The translations under genes were made by a program, and so were the position numbers. A model generated the notes under the pieces. It was not told the origin of the DNA, made no database searches, and saw only the letters and a program-made list of their open reading frames with translations. A DNA stretch of 64,000 nucleotides from Candidatus Brocadiia bacterium (GTDB lineage Bacteria > Planctomycetota > PUPC01): NCBI GenBank assembly GCA_030605345.1, contig JAUWIN010000001.1, forward strand, positions 5,253 to 69,252, given 5' to 3'. Positions 55,801 through 64,000 of this stretch are shown here, one piece after another. Position 1 is the stretch's first letter. Each line of letters starts with the position of its first letter.

Positions 55801-57127
55801 GTGCGGTGTCCTCGGGCGGGAGTGTGCTCCCGCCGGTGAGCGAGGGGTGGGCCTGAAAATCTGCGATAGAGATGGACACCCGACCATTCAGCGCGGCCGA
55901 CGTGCCGCTGATTTTCAGCCGGCCGGTTATACTTCCGCGGGAAGTGGCCGGCCCGCCGTCGGGCGGGGTCGGCATTCCGAGTGATTTCGCCGCTGCGCCG
56001 CCGGTCAATTTTGCCAGGTCGCAAGTGAAGTTCAGCGAACCGAGAAAGCTTTCGGCCCCGGCATCCTTCATTTCGAGACTGAACTCCCCCTCGGAGAAAG
56101 GTTCGGCCTTGAAAGTGATCCGTGCCGACAGATCCCGGCCTGGTATGTCCATGCTCGAACTCAGGTCCGCGGCGAATGTGAGGCCGTCGAACACAGTGTC
56201 ACCGGTGAGGTTGCCCACCGCCGTGACTTGGCCGGCGCGCTCGGCTGAGACGGAAATCTCTCCGTTGACGGACTCGACCGTCGCCGGCAGGCCCAGGGTC
56301 CCGCAGATACCGCCCAGGGGGAACCGCGTCAGGGTCGCGCTCAGGAGTTCGCCCATGACCTGCCGGGGTTCTATGGTGCCGTTGTGAAACAGGCGGGCGT
56401 TCCCCTTCATCAGGAAGGAGCCCTTGCTGGCGTTGCCGGTCACGCGGTAGCGCAATGGCCGGGCCAGCCCCGGAAGGTTGGCCTCGGCGGTGAGGTCTTT
56501 GAGCATCGTCTCGCGCCGGGTGTCGCCGAGGCAGTCCCGAAAGAGGAGTCGGCCGCCGTCCCACTTGAACTCGAGCGAAAGTTCCTTCAGCGGCTCGGTT
56601 TCTTTTCTCTCAGACTCAGACCCCAGCTCTTGCTTTTCTGGCTCCGGCTTCAGAAGGTCAGCGATGTTCAAAACCCAGCCGGCGCCCCGCTCGATTAGGA
56701 CCCGCGGCTCGGCGATTGCCACGCGCGCATGCACCTTCCTGCCCAGGCTCGCAAGAGCAGACAAGACATTGACCCGGACGTCGAGTTCCTTGACTCGAAT
56801 GAAGTCCTCGGCGCTAAAGCCTTCCCTGTTGGCGATTCTCAACCCTCCCACCTTGACCCCGCTGAAGAGGTCTAGGTCCAGCGATTCCACTGAGACTTTC
56901 CGTTTCAGCGCCGCCCCGGCGTAGCTGCAGAACATTCCCTTCAGCCGCGCCTCAGTAAAGATGAGCGGGAAAAGTATTGCCGCAAGTACAATCAGAGCGG
57001 CAAGGCCGCCAACCACATAAAGGGCGATCTTCACGAGCCGCCGGCGCCTTGTGGGCTTGGGCCGGCCCGGCTCCCCGGCGGCAGCCGCTGCCGCCCTAGC
57101 CCCACTGCTGGAACCGCGGTCTGTCAT
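52853..57127 (-). CDS. AsmA-family / TamB-like giant inner-membrane-anchored envelope biogenesis protein (1424 aa)
   Basis: N-terminal Arg-rich region plus a single TM anchor (IALYVVGGLAALIVLAAILFPLIF), then >1300 aa of beta-rich repetitive sequence typical of AsmA/TamB (DUF748/DUF490-like), and a C-terminal Lys/Glu-rich tail. Confidence 0.6.
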   Translation of the reverse strand: MTDRGSSSGARAAAAAAGEPGRPKPTRRRRLVKIALYVVGGLAALIVLAAILFPLIFTEARLKGMFCSYAGAALKRKVSVESLDLDLFSGVKVGGLRIANREGFSAEDFIRVKELDVRVNVLSALASLGRKVHARVAIAEPRVLIERGAGWVLNIADLLKPEPEKQELGSESERKETEPLKELSLEFKWDGGRLLFRDCLGDTRRETMLKDLTAEANLPGLARPLRYRVTGNASKGSFLMKGNARLFHNGTIEPRQVMGELLSATLTRFPLGGICGTLGLPATVESVNGEISVSAERAGQVTAVGNLTGDTVFDGLTFAADLSSSMDIPGRDLSARITFKAEPFSEGEFSLEMKDAGAESFLGSLNFTCDLAKLTGGAAAKSLGMPTPPDGGPATSRGSITGRLKISGTSAALNGRVSISIADFQAHPSLTGGSTLPPEDTALSAEAGLQFTPEGKLKELAIGSLEAKSSFLDARIVKGRVWSLSDLNSLGTDLSGYVRFSGRTFTSKFGKALGLPPLHDKLELKFSGKGEEGHAKVAAAAKLEREQGKPAPVRFSVAARLDARGAKIDARDCKVMLTAGEAEMPYTQVALIGSFSDLTGAPEAELSFSGTADLGALASRLSAYIDVLSEIKPQGQMAVADGSFSGTARKFRTKFKLAAKNLSIAGRSDPPQAGRAAAPVLDILSKGELVCQCDASADLAKKQVEIKTLDFKSSDLAASVSGTIDDYVALKGAVEVRLAAKTNKFGPLLAALKLIPEGIDTKGRLELAGRLDTGKGELELDNLEANTAYGRVTLKEQCTVSGLDIDKFRTEPLAAARKLSASASFEGVVFLDSLATLPEGLLPPQLKATGAVPFTLNVEQASPTKIAFSADATAASLEYGEFFAKPRAKKATVELGAALAENGGVDVSRLDVLLDGAELRLNGQVSDDFGTFVCQKLTAVIERPAMLTAMVPALREFELSGKLHLSASGRVPIDEVTAGSLGGAEFSGVVRLDQLAATSGRLGFTANGEIRMNRNSIDAAGLTVGASTRAPKSDTTLTFKELRITAAKKNAPILAHTDALHLAFSVSSPHVNAGHLLAALPEKANPGVRETTTAPSARTQFEFLKNHTVTGHLEVEKLTYEKHIVKNISTDLRMAGNKITTSKPFRAEVHQGTVRASLAADLNQPGIAHNGEIVIQKIDLNNVATAQLSLKDVFMGRVGGDVTWKGKGFAWDDITTNWTADMKFALNDGVILNFERSPLVAGLAGPILRHLGAAALPDNKYRYDQLDLDLHLRRGRVHADDLLLEGRNNLDLEIQKASVGLDGTIQMDVAVMAPTELLMNYVKREVVKQEAALAVVEKALEKKRPAFCTFGVSGRFDKPRIAADLTTFPKWVLSLVTDILRDPRSLIEGILKDRLKQHRDRDEKKEKKDEPADALKGLLRDLLH

Positions 57128-57562
57128 CCCATTCTCCTACAGGCTCCGGGGCAGGCGCCCCGGACGCCAGAGCAAAGGACACAAACGAGGGAGCGCCCGC
57201 GCCCTACATGCTCCAACCCTTCAGTATACCAAAATGGTCCGTCGGGTGCGTGAGGAATCTTCGTCGCTGGGAAGGGACGAAGGGAATGCGGCCAACTTGG
57301 TTGGCCCCATTCTCAGTGGTCTCCTGGAGAAGACGACCGAACATCGGCTCAACTGCGACGCCTGCGGCAAACCAGAGCCAAGCCGACCAGCCCAAGCCCC
57401 GGCGGCTCAGAGACGCCGCCTTCGCCACCGCCGATGAGCAGGCGTTCGAACAAGGACACGGCGGCCGAGGCGCCAACATCGTCGTACACGGTGCCGACAC
57501 AGGTCAGCATGTGGGTGTGAAGGGCGGCCCCTTTCTCCACGGGCGAAGCCCTTATAGCTCGG

Positions 57563-58378
57563 TTAGTTCCGCCGTCGGATGAGCGCGGCCCGCCTTGAGC
57601 GAAGTCCAAAGGCCAGAGCGCCCAACCCCAGCAGTGAGAGCGTGGCTGGCTCCGGGATGACCAGTTCAAAGTTGTCACAGTAGAGTTTGCTGCCATCGTC
57701 AAGGGCAAAGTCGCAACCCCAATCCCAGCCGCCGATCCTTAAGGTAAAGGTGCTACTGCCGTCCATGTCCCAATCGCCGACCGAGATGCTGCTGCCCAAT
57801 GCTTGAAATCCGGCGCCCTCGTTGTAATAGGAATGGAACGACGTTCCGTCCCACACCAGCTTCAGCGCTCCATCGCTGGCGGTCGCCGGGGCGTAATGCT
57901 CCTCCATCTCCTCTCCTTCGTCAGTGGTTTTCTCTATCCACCAGCCAAGATAGTACTCGTCTTCCCACCAGCCCCGGTCGAGGCCGAACCAGAGCCCGTC
58001 ACGGTAATCAGCGGTGTTCAGGACGACGACCTCCATTCCGTAGTCGTGATCGCTTTCGGGGCCACCGCCATAGTCGCCGACGTGTACGTCCAGCGTCACG
58101 GTCCAGCCGGTTCCGTACGGCGCGGGGGTTTTGAGCTTGTAGTAGGCCGCATTCTCCTCATCGGGCTCCAGCTCCCCCGGCGAAGTGTATTCCAGATGCT
58201 CATGGATTTCCGCTAGATCACCGTCCTCATCAGTACCATATTCCCACATCGCTGTGTTGCAGATGTTATCGTTGAAGTCATCGAACAAAGTTTGTCCCAC
58301 GGTAGGGCTCGCACACAATCCTGAGGCGACCAGAAGCATGACGATAAGGCACGGGGTGTTCTTCAAGGCTACGTTCAT
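57563..58378 (-). CDS. PEP-CTERM sorting domain-containing exported protein (acidic, Trp/Asp-rich)
   Basis: Signal peptide MNVALKNTPCLIVMLLVASGLCASP. C-terminus VIPEPATLSLLGLGALAFGLRSRRAALIRRR is the PEP-CTERM motif. Confidence 0.7.
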   Translation of the reverse strand: MNVALKNTPCLIVMLLVASGLCASPTVGQTLFDDFNDNICNTAMWEYGTDEDGDLAEIHEHLEYTSPGELEPDEENAAYYKLKTPAPYGTGWTVTLDVHVGDYGGGPESDHDYGMEVVVLNTADYRDGLWFGLDRGWWEDEYYLGWWIEKTTDEGEEMEEHYAPATASDGALKLVWDGTSFHSYYNEGAGFQALGSSISVGDWDMDGSSTFTLRIGGWDWGCDFALDDGSKLYCDNFELVIPEPATLSLLGLGALAFGLRSRRAALIRRRN

Positions 58379-58686
58379 TCTCCACTCTCCTTTCCGTTAG
58401 AGGGTTCAGGCTTCTCCAAGATACAGAACAGCGGGTGCAATTATTCCTGCCAGTTTCATCAGGTCGCAGCCATCACTCCCTTCAGTGATTCCTATTGGTC
58501 AGCCGTTATTCGTGCTCACGTTGCCTTACTGCCGACCTTTTCGGCTGATTTCACCATTCCATTGCAGCAAACTGCGTGCCAGGCGAAACCAAAATCGTAA
58601 GTATTTTGAGCGCGGGGAGTAAGCCCTTGATACATAAGGGCTTACACCACTTTGCCGGAGCCTCATACCCTGGCAGGACCGGCGCG

Positions 58687-58819
58687 GCGTTCCCGCCATG
58701 TTGCGAAAATCCAACGTAGTTTTGCCGGGATTTGGCGCAGAAACGCGGTAAGTCTCGCAGCAGCAAGGGATTATTCACGTGTTGCGAAAAGGCAACACGG
58801 GTCTGGTCAGTGTTGCGTT
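58687..58819. promoter_or_regulatory. array of three GTGTTGC-N6-GCAACAC type palindromes in the leader of the third PEP-CTERM gene
   Basis: catGTTGCgaaaatcCAACg (58687-58706), cacGTGTTGCgaaaagGCAACACgg (58766-58790), caGTGTTGCgttttgaCAACgg (58798-58819); 310-440 bp upstream of the start at 58378. Confidence 0.35.
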
Positions 58820-58973
58820 TTGACAACGGAGAACGCCGGGCTCGTACTACTCGCCGAGGGCTACTATCGTGCGGATGGGCGTCCGTGTGGCGTAGCGGCT
58901 CGCCTTCGCGTCAGGGCGGATTTCGGGGATCTCCCACCTCTGGCCCCGGCCTGTTCCCCTCACCAGCAGGTGT

Positions 58974-59234
58974 TCAACGCCGTCTTTTCGTGCATCGCGT
59001 CAGGACATCGTCTATGAGGCGTGAGATGGCGATTCTGAGCTTGCCCTCCGTCTCGTAGGTGCCATTCTTGATTTCTTTTCGTATCCGTTCGAGTCGCATG
59101 CTGCGCTCTCCTGCGCCACGGCCAGTTCCACCGGCCGACCGCGATTCTCCGCGTCTACGAGCGACGGGGCTGCTCGGCTTATCCCCCTCACTTGCGTTCC
59201 GCTTGCCGCGGCTCAAACCCACGTCAGCCTCCAA
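58974..59234 (-). CDS. FlgM-like anti-sigma-28 factor (tentative)
   Basis: C-terminal RLERIRKEIKNGTYETEGKLRIAISRLIDDV resembles the FlgM C-terminal helix pair (..IK.AI..G.Y.VD..KLA..L..); disordered Arg/Gly-rich N-terminus. Confidence 0.4.
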   Translation of the reverse strand: MEADVGLSRGKRNASEGDKPSSPVARRRGESRSAGGTGRGAGERSMRLERIRKEIKNGTYETEGKLRIAISRLIDDVLTRCTKRRR

Positions 59235-59572
59235 GAGTGCTCCGGCTCCAATACGTCCACAAGTCTCCCTTATTATATCGACCGATTGGCGGAGATACTT
59301 GAGCAGAATCGGCGAACAGGGGGGAAACGGGCGCCCATGGGCCTAACGCTTGTTGTCGCCTGGAGTTACGCCCCTGTGAACTCCAGTTCACCAATCGAAT
59401 CGACCCTGACGATCGGATTTTTTGCCCCGCGCCACTCCCCATCGGGCGGCTCGCCTTCGGCGGCGCTGCGCACAAAGCGGGTGAGAAGCTCAGGGATGCT
59501 GTCGCGTGAGCCACTGTCCAGCAGAACAACCTCGAGCGGCCGCCGCGCCTCCGCGGCCCGGTGCCTTCGTCA

Positions 59573-60121
59573 CTATTGTTCCACGTTGCCGATGTCGTCG
59601 TATCCACCGGACTGGCTGCTCTTGTTCGGCCCACACGCCCAGAGTTGATAAGATGCGAGGTTCAGAAAGACATCACCATTCTTGACCGGTTTCACCTCGA
59701 CGTCCTTCTGGTTCAACCTGTATTTTACCGGTCCGGCGGTATAGGCCGACGGATGGAAGAATATCCACGGATTTCCCCACGGGTCCGACAGTTCCTGGCG
59801 GCCATCCCCGTCTGTGTCAGTTAGCCACCCTTTCACGATGTGCTTCCTGACGAACGGGCCCCCGTTCTCCCTGGTCCGCAGGCACCCCAGCATGGCCTCG
59901 ATACCAGCGTTCTCCCCGGTCCCAAGTGACGGGGGATAGGTGCCAAACTGGCTCTGGTACTGTGAGAGCGCCGCCTGGAATATCCTCAACTGCTCCTTCG
60001 TCTCCTCCACACGGGCGCCTTCGAGGTGCGCCAGGAGCGCTGGGAACATCAACGATGCGAGAACGGCAATTACACCGATGACGACGAGAATTTCGATGAC
60101 GGTAAATGCGTGTTTTTTCAT
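59573..60121 (-). CDS. prepilin-type N-terminal cleavage/methylation domain protein (type II secretion pseudopilin / type IV pilin-like)
   Basis: MKKHAFTVIEILVVIGVIAVLASLMFPAL is a class III signal peptide with the conserved Glu5. Start MKKHAFT chosen over the longer track ORF. Confidence 0.6.
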   Translation of the reverse strand: MKKHAFTVIEILVVIGVIAVLASLMFPALLAHLEGARVEETKEQLRIFQAALSQYQSQFGTYPPSLGTGENAGIEAMLGCLRTRENGGPFVRKHIVKGWLTDTDGDGRQELSDPWGNPWIFFHPSAYTAGPVKYRLNQKDVEVKPVKNGDVFLNLASYQLWACGPNKSSQSGGYDDIGNVEQ

Positions 60122-60347
60122 TTTGAGCTCGTTATCCTGACGGCGTGAAAGATGCAATTCACTTTTCAGCCACAGATACCACGCCGACGGCCATGGCTGA
60201 GGCTGACCCAAAGGCCGCGGCTGCCTGTTCTACTATTCATCTACCAGAAGGCTCTGATTTGCCAGTATACCCCCTACGAGGCATGCCCGCAAGTTGCGGG
60301 TGGCGCTCCAGCGGCCCTCCCGGACATGTAGGATGCGCAGCCGGCTG

Positions 60348-61223
60348 TCACGAGAGGCGGTCGAGTCGCGAGATGACCTCGCCCAGGGTCAACCTAGCCC
60401 GGCGCGATGGGGCGCACGAGAGCAGCACCACGTCCTCCAGCGCAGGTGACGTGTCCCGGTTATAACGGCGCACGGAAGTTTCGAAGGGTTTGATTTGGAG
60501 GTCCACGGCCCCTCCGGTACCGGCGCCTGCAACGTTTGGTCGAATGGTGCGGCCGGTCAGCGCCCAAAACATTGTGGCGCCGAGTCCGAAGACGTCTGTG
60601 CGCTCGTCAACACCGGCTCCCACAAGTTGTTCCGGCGCCATGTACGAGGGACTGCCTGTCACCTGGGTAGCGTGTCCCTTCCGATGGCAGGCCAGGCCAA
60701 GGTCGAGGAGCCGGACCTCCATCTTTTCGTTCACCATGACATGATGCGGTTTGAAGTCGGCGTGCACGATGTCGTTGCGGTGCATGAACTGGAGGATGTC
60801 AGCCGCCTGGCGGTAAATGCTGATGAGTTGGTCGATGGAATACTCACGGTTTTTTCTCAGGTTCTCCCCGTCGATAAAGTCCATCACCAGGTGTAGTTCG
60901 TTGGCAAACAGCAACGCTTTGCGGCGGACGACGAGCCTGTGCATCCGTGGGATACCTGTGTGGCCGCTGTCGAGGTTCGTCAGGTGGCGGCCGATTTTCC
61001 ACTCGTTGCGTACCTGGGTGCGATACACCTTGAGCAGCTTAGCCTGGTCGCCGCCATATTCGGGGGAAGGGGCGAGCCCCTGTATCTCCCGGACGATTGC
61101 CGGAGTGACGCTCTTTATGGCAAGGTACTGGCCGGTCCGGTCGTCTTTGGCCTTGAAAACTACGCTACCGGCCCCGTTGCCTATCTGACCCAGTATGGTG
61201 ACGCCGGATATCTTCGGTGTCAT
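60348..61223 (-). CDS. Hanks-type serine/threonine protein kinase
   Basis: Gly loop ILGQIGNGAGSVVFKA, VAIK-like YLAIKSV, catalytic loop HADFKPHHVMV, DLGLA (DFG equivalent), SPSYMAPE (APE). Confidence 0.8.
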   Translation of the reverse strand: MTPKISGVTILGQIGNGAGSVVFKAKDDRTGQYLAIKSVTPAIVREIQGLAPSPEYGGDQAKLLKVYRTQVRNEWKIGRHLTNLDSGHTGIPRMHRLVVRRKALLFANELHLVMDFIDGENLRKNREYSIDQLISIYRQAADILQFMHRNDIVHADFKPHHVMVNEKMEVRLLDLGLACHRKGHATQVTGSPSYMAPEQLVGAGVDERTDVFGLGATMFWALTGRTIRPNVAGAGTGGAVDLQIKPFETSVRRYNRDTSPALEDVVLLSCAPSRRARLTLGEVISRLDRLS

Positions 61224-61277
61224 TTCGCCGCCTTCCAGGTCTTTCCGAGCGCTGCTTTGGCGTTCGGCCCGATGGTG

Positions 61278-61625
61278 CTATTTGTTCCGCGTGCCAATCG
61301 GCACCAGGCACAGGATTGCAGCCGGCTCTGTACCGGTGTTCTTGAACTGGTGTTTCTCTCCACCGGGCACGAAGATTGCGTCGCCGGGCGCAAAGGCCGA
61401 CTCGCCATCATCGGACAACACGGTTCCCGAGCCGTTGAGCACAAAGACCTCGTGCTCCCAGTCGTGCGCGTGCAGCGGCGTGTGGCCACCGGGCGCGATG
61501 TCGAACCGCCGCATGGCAAAGGTCGGAGCGCCAGAACGCTCGTCGATGAGCCAACGCACCTTCACGCCCGACGCCGGAGCACCCTCTTCGGACGACTCGA
61601 CCTCGCTGAAGTGCTGCTTCTTCAT
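61278..61625 (-). CDS. cupin domain protein
   Basis: Two-His cupin motifs GGHTPLHAHDWEHEVFVLNGSG and PGDAIFVPGGEKHQFKNTG; 115 aa. Confidence 0.65.
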   Translation of the reverse strand: MKKQHFSEVESSEEGAPASGVKVRWLIDERSGAPTFAMRRFDIAPGGHTPLHAHDWEHEVFVLNGSGTVLSDDGESAFAPGDAIFVPGGEKHQFKNTGTEPAAILCLVPIGTRNK

Positions 61626-62266
61626 CTATCGGACTCCTTGCTCAGTTTGTCCTTCAGTTCGGTTATCCTTGTGCCCAGTTCGGCCAGTGCCTTTTGAATC
61701 TTGGCCACCCGCTCGGCAAGGGACTGGATTTTGACAGCCTTGCAAGCAGAATCAACGCTGACCTTCATCCTTTCCAGTGCCCCTGTCAGGTTGTCTAACT
61801 CCTTCGTCACGCCCTTGAGTCTGTCCGACTGGTTCAACTCGGATATTTTCGCGACCAAGGCAGTAGTCTTTTCGACAAGTTCAGCGGCCGGTTCTTCGAG
61901 AGCGCTGGCCTTTCCGGCCGCAGCGTCAAGCTTTGCCCTCAGCTCATTGATGACCGCCCCGAGCTTTTCAGTTTGCGTGGTGAGTTCTTTGAGCCGATCC
62001 AACCCCCTGACCGACTGGTGCAGTTTCTCCAGTTGACCGGCGATTTCTGTCAACCCCTGGCGGACTCGCAGAAGCTCGGCCTCCGAAGACTTCACCTGTC
62101 GAATCTGCTCCCGCACGTCGTTCCTGACCGCCTCTCTTAGCGAATAGTTTGAGATCAATTGAAACGCACTGAAGGCGAGCAGCACAACGAGCACCGCGGC
62201 GACTATCCTGAAGCTGCCCATGTTTCCCCCGCCCAGATCGGTGTCTCTCTTCGGTGATTTCGCCAT
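61622..62266 (-). CDS. membrane-anchored coiled-coil protein, hypothetical
   Basis: N-terminal TM helix (FRIVAAVLVVLLAFSAFQLI) followed by ~170 aa of heptad-rich Leu/Glu/Lys sequence. Overlaps the cupin start by 4 nt. Confidence 0.35.
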   Translation of the reverse strand: MAKSPKRDTDLGGGNMGSFRIVAAVLVVLLAFSAFQLISNYSLREAVRNDVREQIRQVKSSEAELLRVRQGLTEIAGQLEKLHQSVRGLDRLKELTTQTEKLGAVINELRAKLDAAAGKASALEEPAAELVEKTTALVAKISELNQSDRLKGVTKELDNLTGALERMKVSVDSACKAVKIQSLAERVAKIQKALAELGTRITELKDKLSKESDR

Positions 62267-62430
62267 CCGGCAAAATTACCTACCTCATTATAACCCTGCG
62301 CGATGACCGGCTCAAGATTCTTCCGGCAGGTCTGTGGAGCCGCGCGGCGCCTTGCATTTGGGCCGGGCGGGCGTTATCATCTTTCGCCGCGGTCGCAGAG
62401 TAACGGGCCGAACATATTGGAGGGGCCGCC

Positions 62431-62802
62431 GTGGTCGAGCGAAGGAAAGCACTGGTGGTCCGAAGTGCGGGCGAGGTCGCAGTCGTCTATTTCACCGCCT
62501 CCCGCCTCCTCGACGAAATCCAAATCAAGTCTGTCGGAAACGACCTGTACGACATTGTCGAGAAACAGCACAGGGCACGCATCGTCATCAGTTTCCAGAA
62601 CGTCGAGCGGTTCTCGACCGCCCTGCTGGGGAAGTTGGTGAGCCTGAAGAAGAAGGCGGCAAAATCAAAGGGCGATGTCAAACTCTGCTCCATCCCCCCC
62701 AGCATCATGGAAATTTTTGAGGTCACGGGCCTGGACGCAGCGTTCGACATCTTTCAGGAAGAGCAGGCCGCAATCAAGAGCTTCGGCAGAGGTGCCGTGT
62801 GA
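62431..62802 (+). CDS. STAS domain protein (anti-sigma factor antagonist, SpoIIAA-like)
   Basis: GTG start. VAVVYFTASRLLDE...SFQNVERFSTALLGKLVSL...IPPSIMEIFEVTGLDAAFDIF matches the STAS fold pattern; the usual phosphorylatable Ser position is occupied by S/T. Confidence 0.55.
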   Translation: MVERRKALVVRSAGEVAVVYFTASRLLDEIQIKSVGNDLYDIVEKQHRARIVISFQNVERFSTALLGKLVSLKKKAAKSKGDVKLCSIPPSIMEIFEVTGLDAAFDIFQEEQAAIKSFGRGAV

Positions 62803-62931
62803 GCGCCCGCAAACCTGAACCATCGTGCAAAAATTGCAGGCAAGGGCACGAACCCAGCGCGCAGCGGGACGAACCCAGTTCTGAATAGAGTCCCCCTGTT
62901 CCACGCTGGACGAACCCCGGAGAGCTCCGCG

Positions 62932-64000
62932 ATGTTGCTGCTGGTCGAGAAATCCGAACTGAGCGGGTCCATTGACGTTCCCGGTTCTAAATCTCACACC
63001 GTGCGCGGCGTCTTCTTCGCCTCGCTCGCTGACGGGGCCTCGATTCTTACGAAGCCACTCGACTCGCTGGACACCCAAGCCGCCGTCGTGACCTGCCGGG
63101 CCTTAGGCGCTGAAGTCGAGACTGACGCCGACGGCGGTTGGGAAGTGCGCGGGTTCGCCGGACAGCCCTGCGTCCCGGACGACGTGGTGAACGTGATGAA
63201 CTCTGGCACCACGCTCAACATCGCGCTGTCGGTCGCGGCACTTGCCAACGGCCACACAGTATTCACCGGAGACGAGCAGATCCGCAGGCGGCCGTGCGGC
63301 CCGCTGCTCCTGGCGCTGTCTCGGCTGGGCGCCGAGGCGTTCTCAACACGCGGCAACCAGTGCCCGCCAATCGTGGTCGGCGGCAAGCTCCTGGGCGGCT
63401 CCACCGCGCTAAAGGCCACCTCCTCGCAGTATCTCACCAGCCTCCTCATCAGCGCGCCACTTGCCGACAACGACACCGAGATAAAAGTGCTCGAGCTCAA
63501 CGAGCGCCCCTACGTCCTGATGACGCTCGACTGGCTGGAGAGGCTGGGGATTGAGTGCGGCCGCGACGAATCGCTGACGCACTTCAACATCCCTGGCGGA
63601 CAGGCCTACCACCCGTTCAATCGAGACATCCCGGCCGACTTCTCGTCGGCGACGTTTTTCCTCTGCGCCGCCGCCATCACCGGCGGGGACGTCCACCTCA
63701 CCGGGCTCGACATGACCGACTCGCAGGGCGACAAGGCGGTGGTTGAGATGCTGCGGACGATGGGCGCAAGAATTGAGGAGTGCGAGGACGGGCTGGCCGC
63801 GTCAGGTGGGACACTCAAAGGCGCCGAGCTCGACCTCAACGCCACGCCCGACGCCCTGCCCGCCCTCGCCGTGACCGCGTGCTTCGCAGAGGGCGAAACC
63901 AAACTGGTGAACGTGCCGCAGGCCAGAATCAAGGAGACCGACCGCATCTCGGTGATGTGCCGCGAACTCGGCAGGATGGGAGCAAACATCACCGAACTCG
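62932..64000 (+). CDS. aroA: 3-phosphoshikimate 1-carboxyvinyltransferase (EPSP synthase), 3'-partial at window end
   Basis: LPGSKSHTVRGVFFASLADG, NSGTTLNIAL and DEQIRRRPCGPLL are AroA signature regions. The ORF is open to the window end, so it is not a closed ORF in the track. Confidence 0.85.
   Translation, partial: MLLLVEKSELSGSIDVPGSKSHTVRGVFFASLADGASILTKPLDSLDTQAAVVTCRALGAEVETDADGGWEVRGFAGQPCVPDDVVNVMNSGTTLNIALSVAALANGHTVFTGDEQIRRRPCGPLLLALSRLGAEAFSTRGNQCPPIVVGGKLLGGSTALKATSSQYLTSLLISAPLADNDTEIKVLELNERPYVLMTLDWLERLGIECGRDESLTHFNIPGGQAYHPFNRDIPADFSSATFFLCAAAITGGDVHLTGLDMTDSQGDKAVVEMLRTMGARIEECEDGLAASGGTLKGAELDLNATPDALPALAVTACFAEGETKLVNVPQARIKETDRISVMCRELGRMGANITEL

Overview
This is a ~64 kb high-GC (~63-65%) bacterial chromosomal segment, apparently from an uncultivated Gram-negative organism with the PEP-CTERM/exosortase system (three PEP-CTERM proteins; no exosortase in the window). 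The backbone is ordinary core metabolism: purB, pepP, efp, accBC, purQ, a purS-purL fusion, tyrA, aroA, pabB, galK and a dapA-family enzyme, plus tRNA-Ala(GGC) and tRNA-Phe(GAA). There is a large minus-strand LPS-core/envelope locus: GT4, tandem WaaP/Kdo-type kinase, GT2, GT4, GT4, CE4 deacetylase, lptB, lepB. Less ordinary content: (1) four paralogs of the uroporphyrinogen-decarboxylase-like (URO-D/MtaA-fold) family, two of them in an apparent operon with a DegT-family aminotransferase and a GH29 alpha-L-fucosidase. (2) A tandemly duplicated MinD-type P-loop ATPase with embedded 4Fe-4S ferredoxin domains, followed by a TsaA/TrmO-like protein with a Cys-rich C-terminus. (3) A signal-peptide-bearing Memo-AMMECR1 fusion with no radical-SAM partner nearby. 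(4) A ~65-nt palindrome-rich element that is ~85% conserved in the long leaders of two PEP-CTERM genes; a different palindrome array sits upstream of the third. (5) A vapBC-like toxin-antitoxin pair between purQ and purL. (6) A low-GC (~40-50%) decayed island next to a 5'-truncated tRNA-Leu(GAG) fragment and a DNA-methylase remnant; it carries a J-domain membrane protein, a vWA/MIDAS protein and three small zinc-ribbon proteins, one an unannotated 40-aa 4xCxxC ORF. Many antisense shadow ORFs in the six-frame track are GC-rich artefacts and are not reported. Coordinates I derived myself (tRNAs, small ORFs, motifs) may be off by 1-2 nt.
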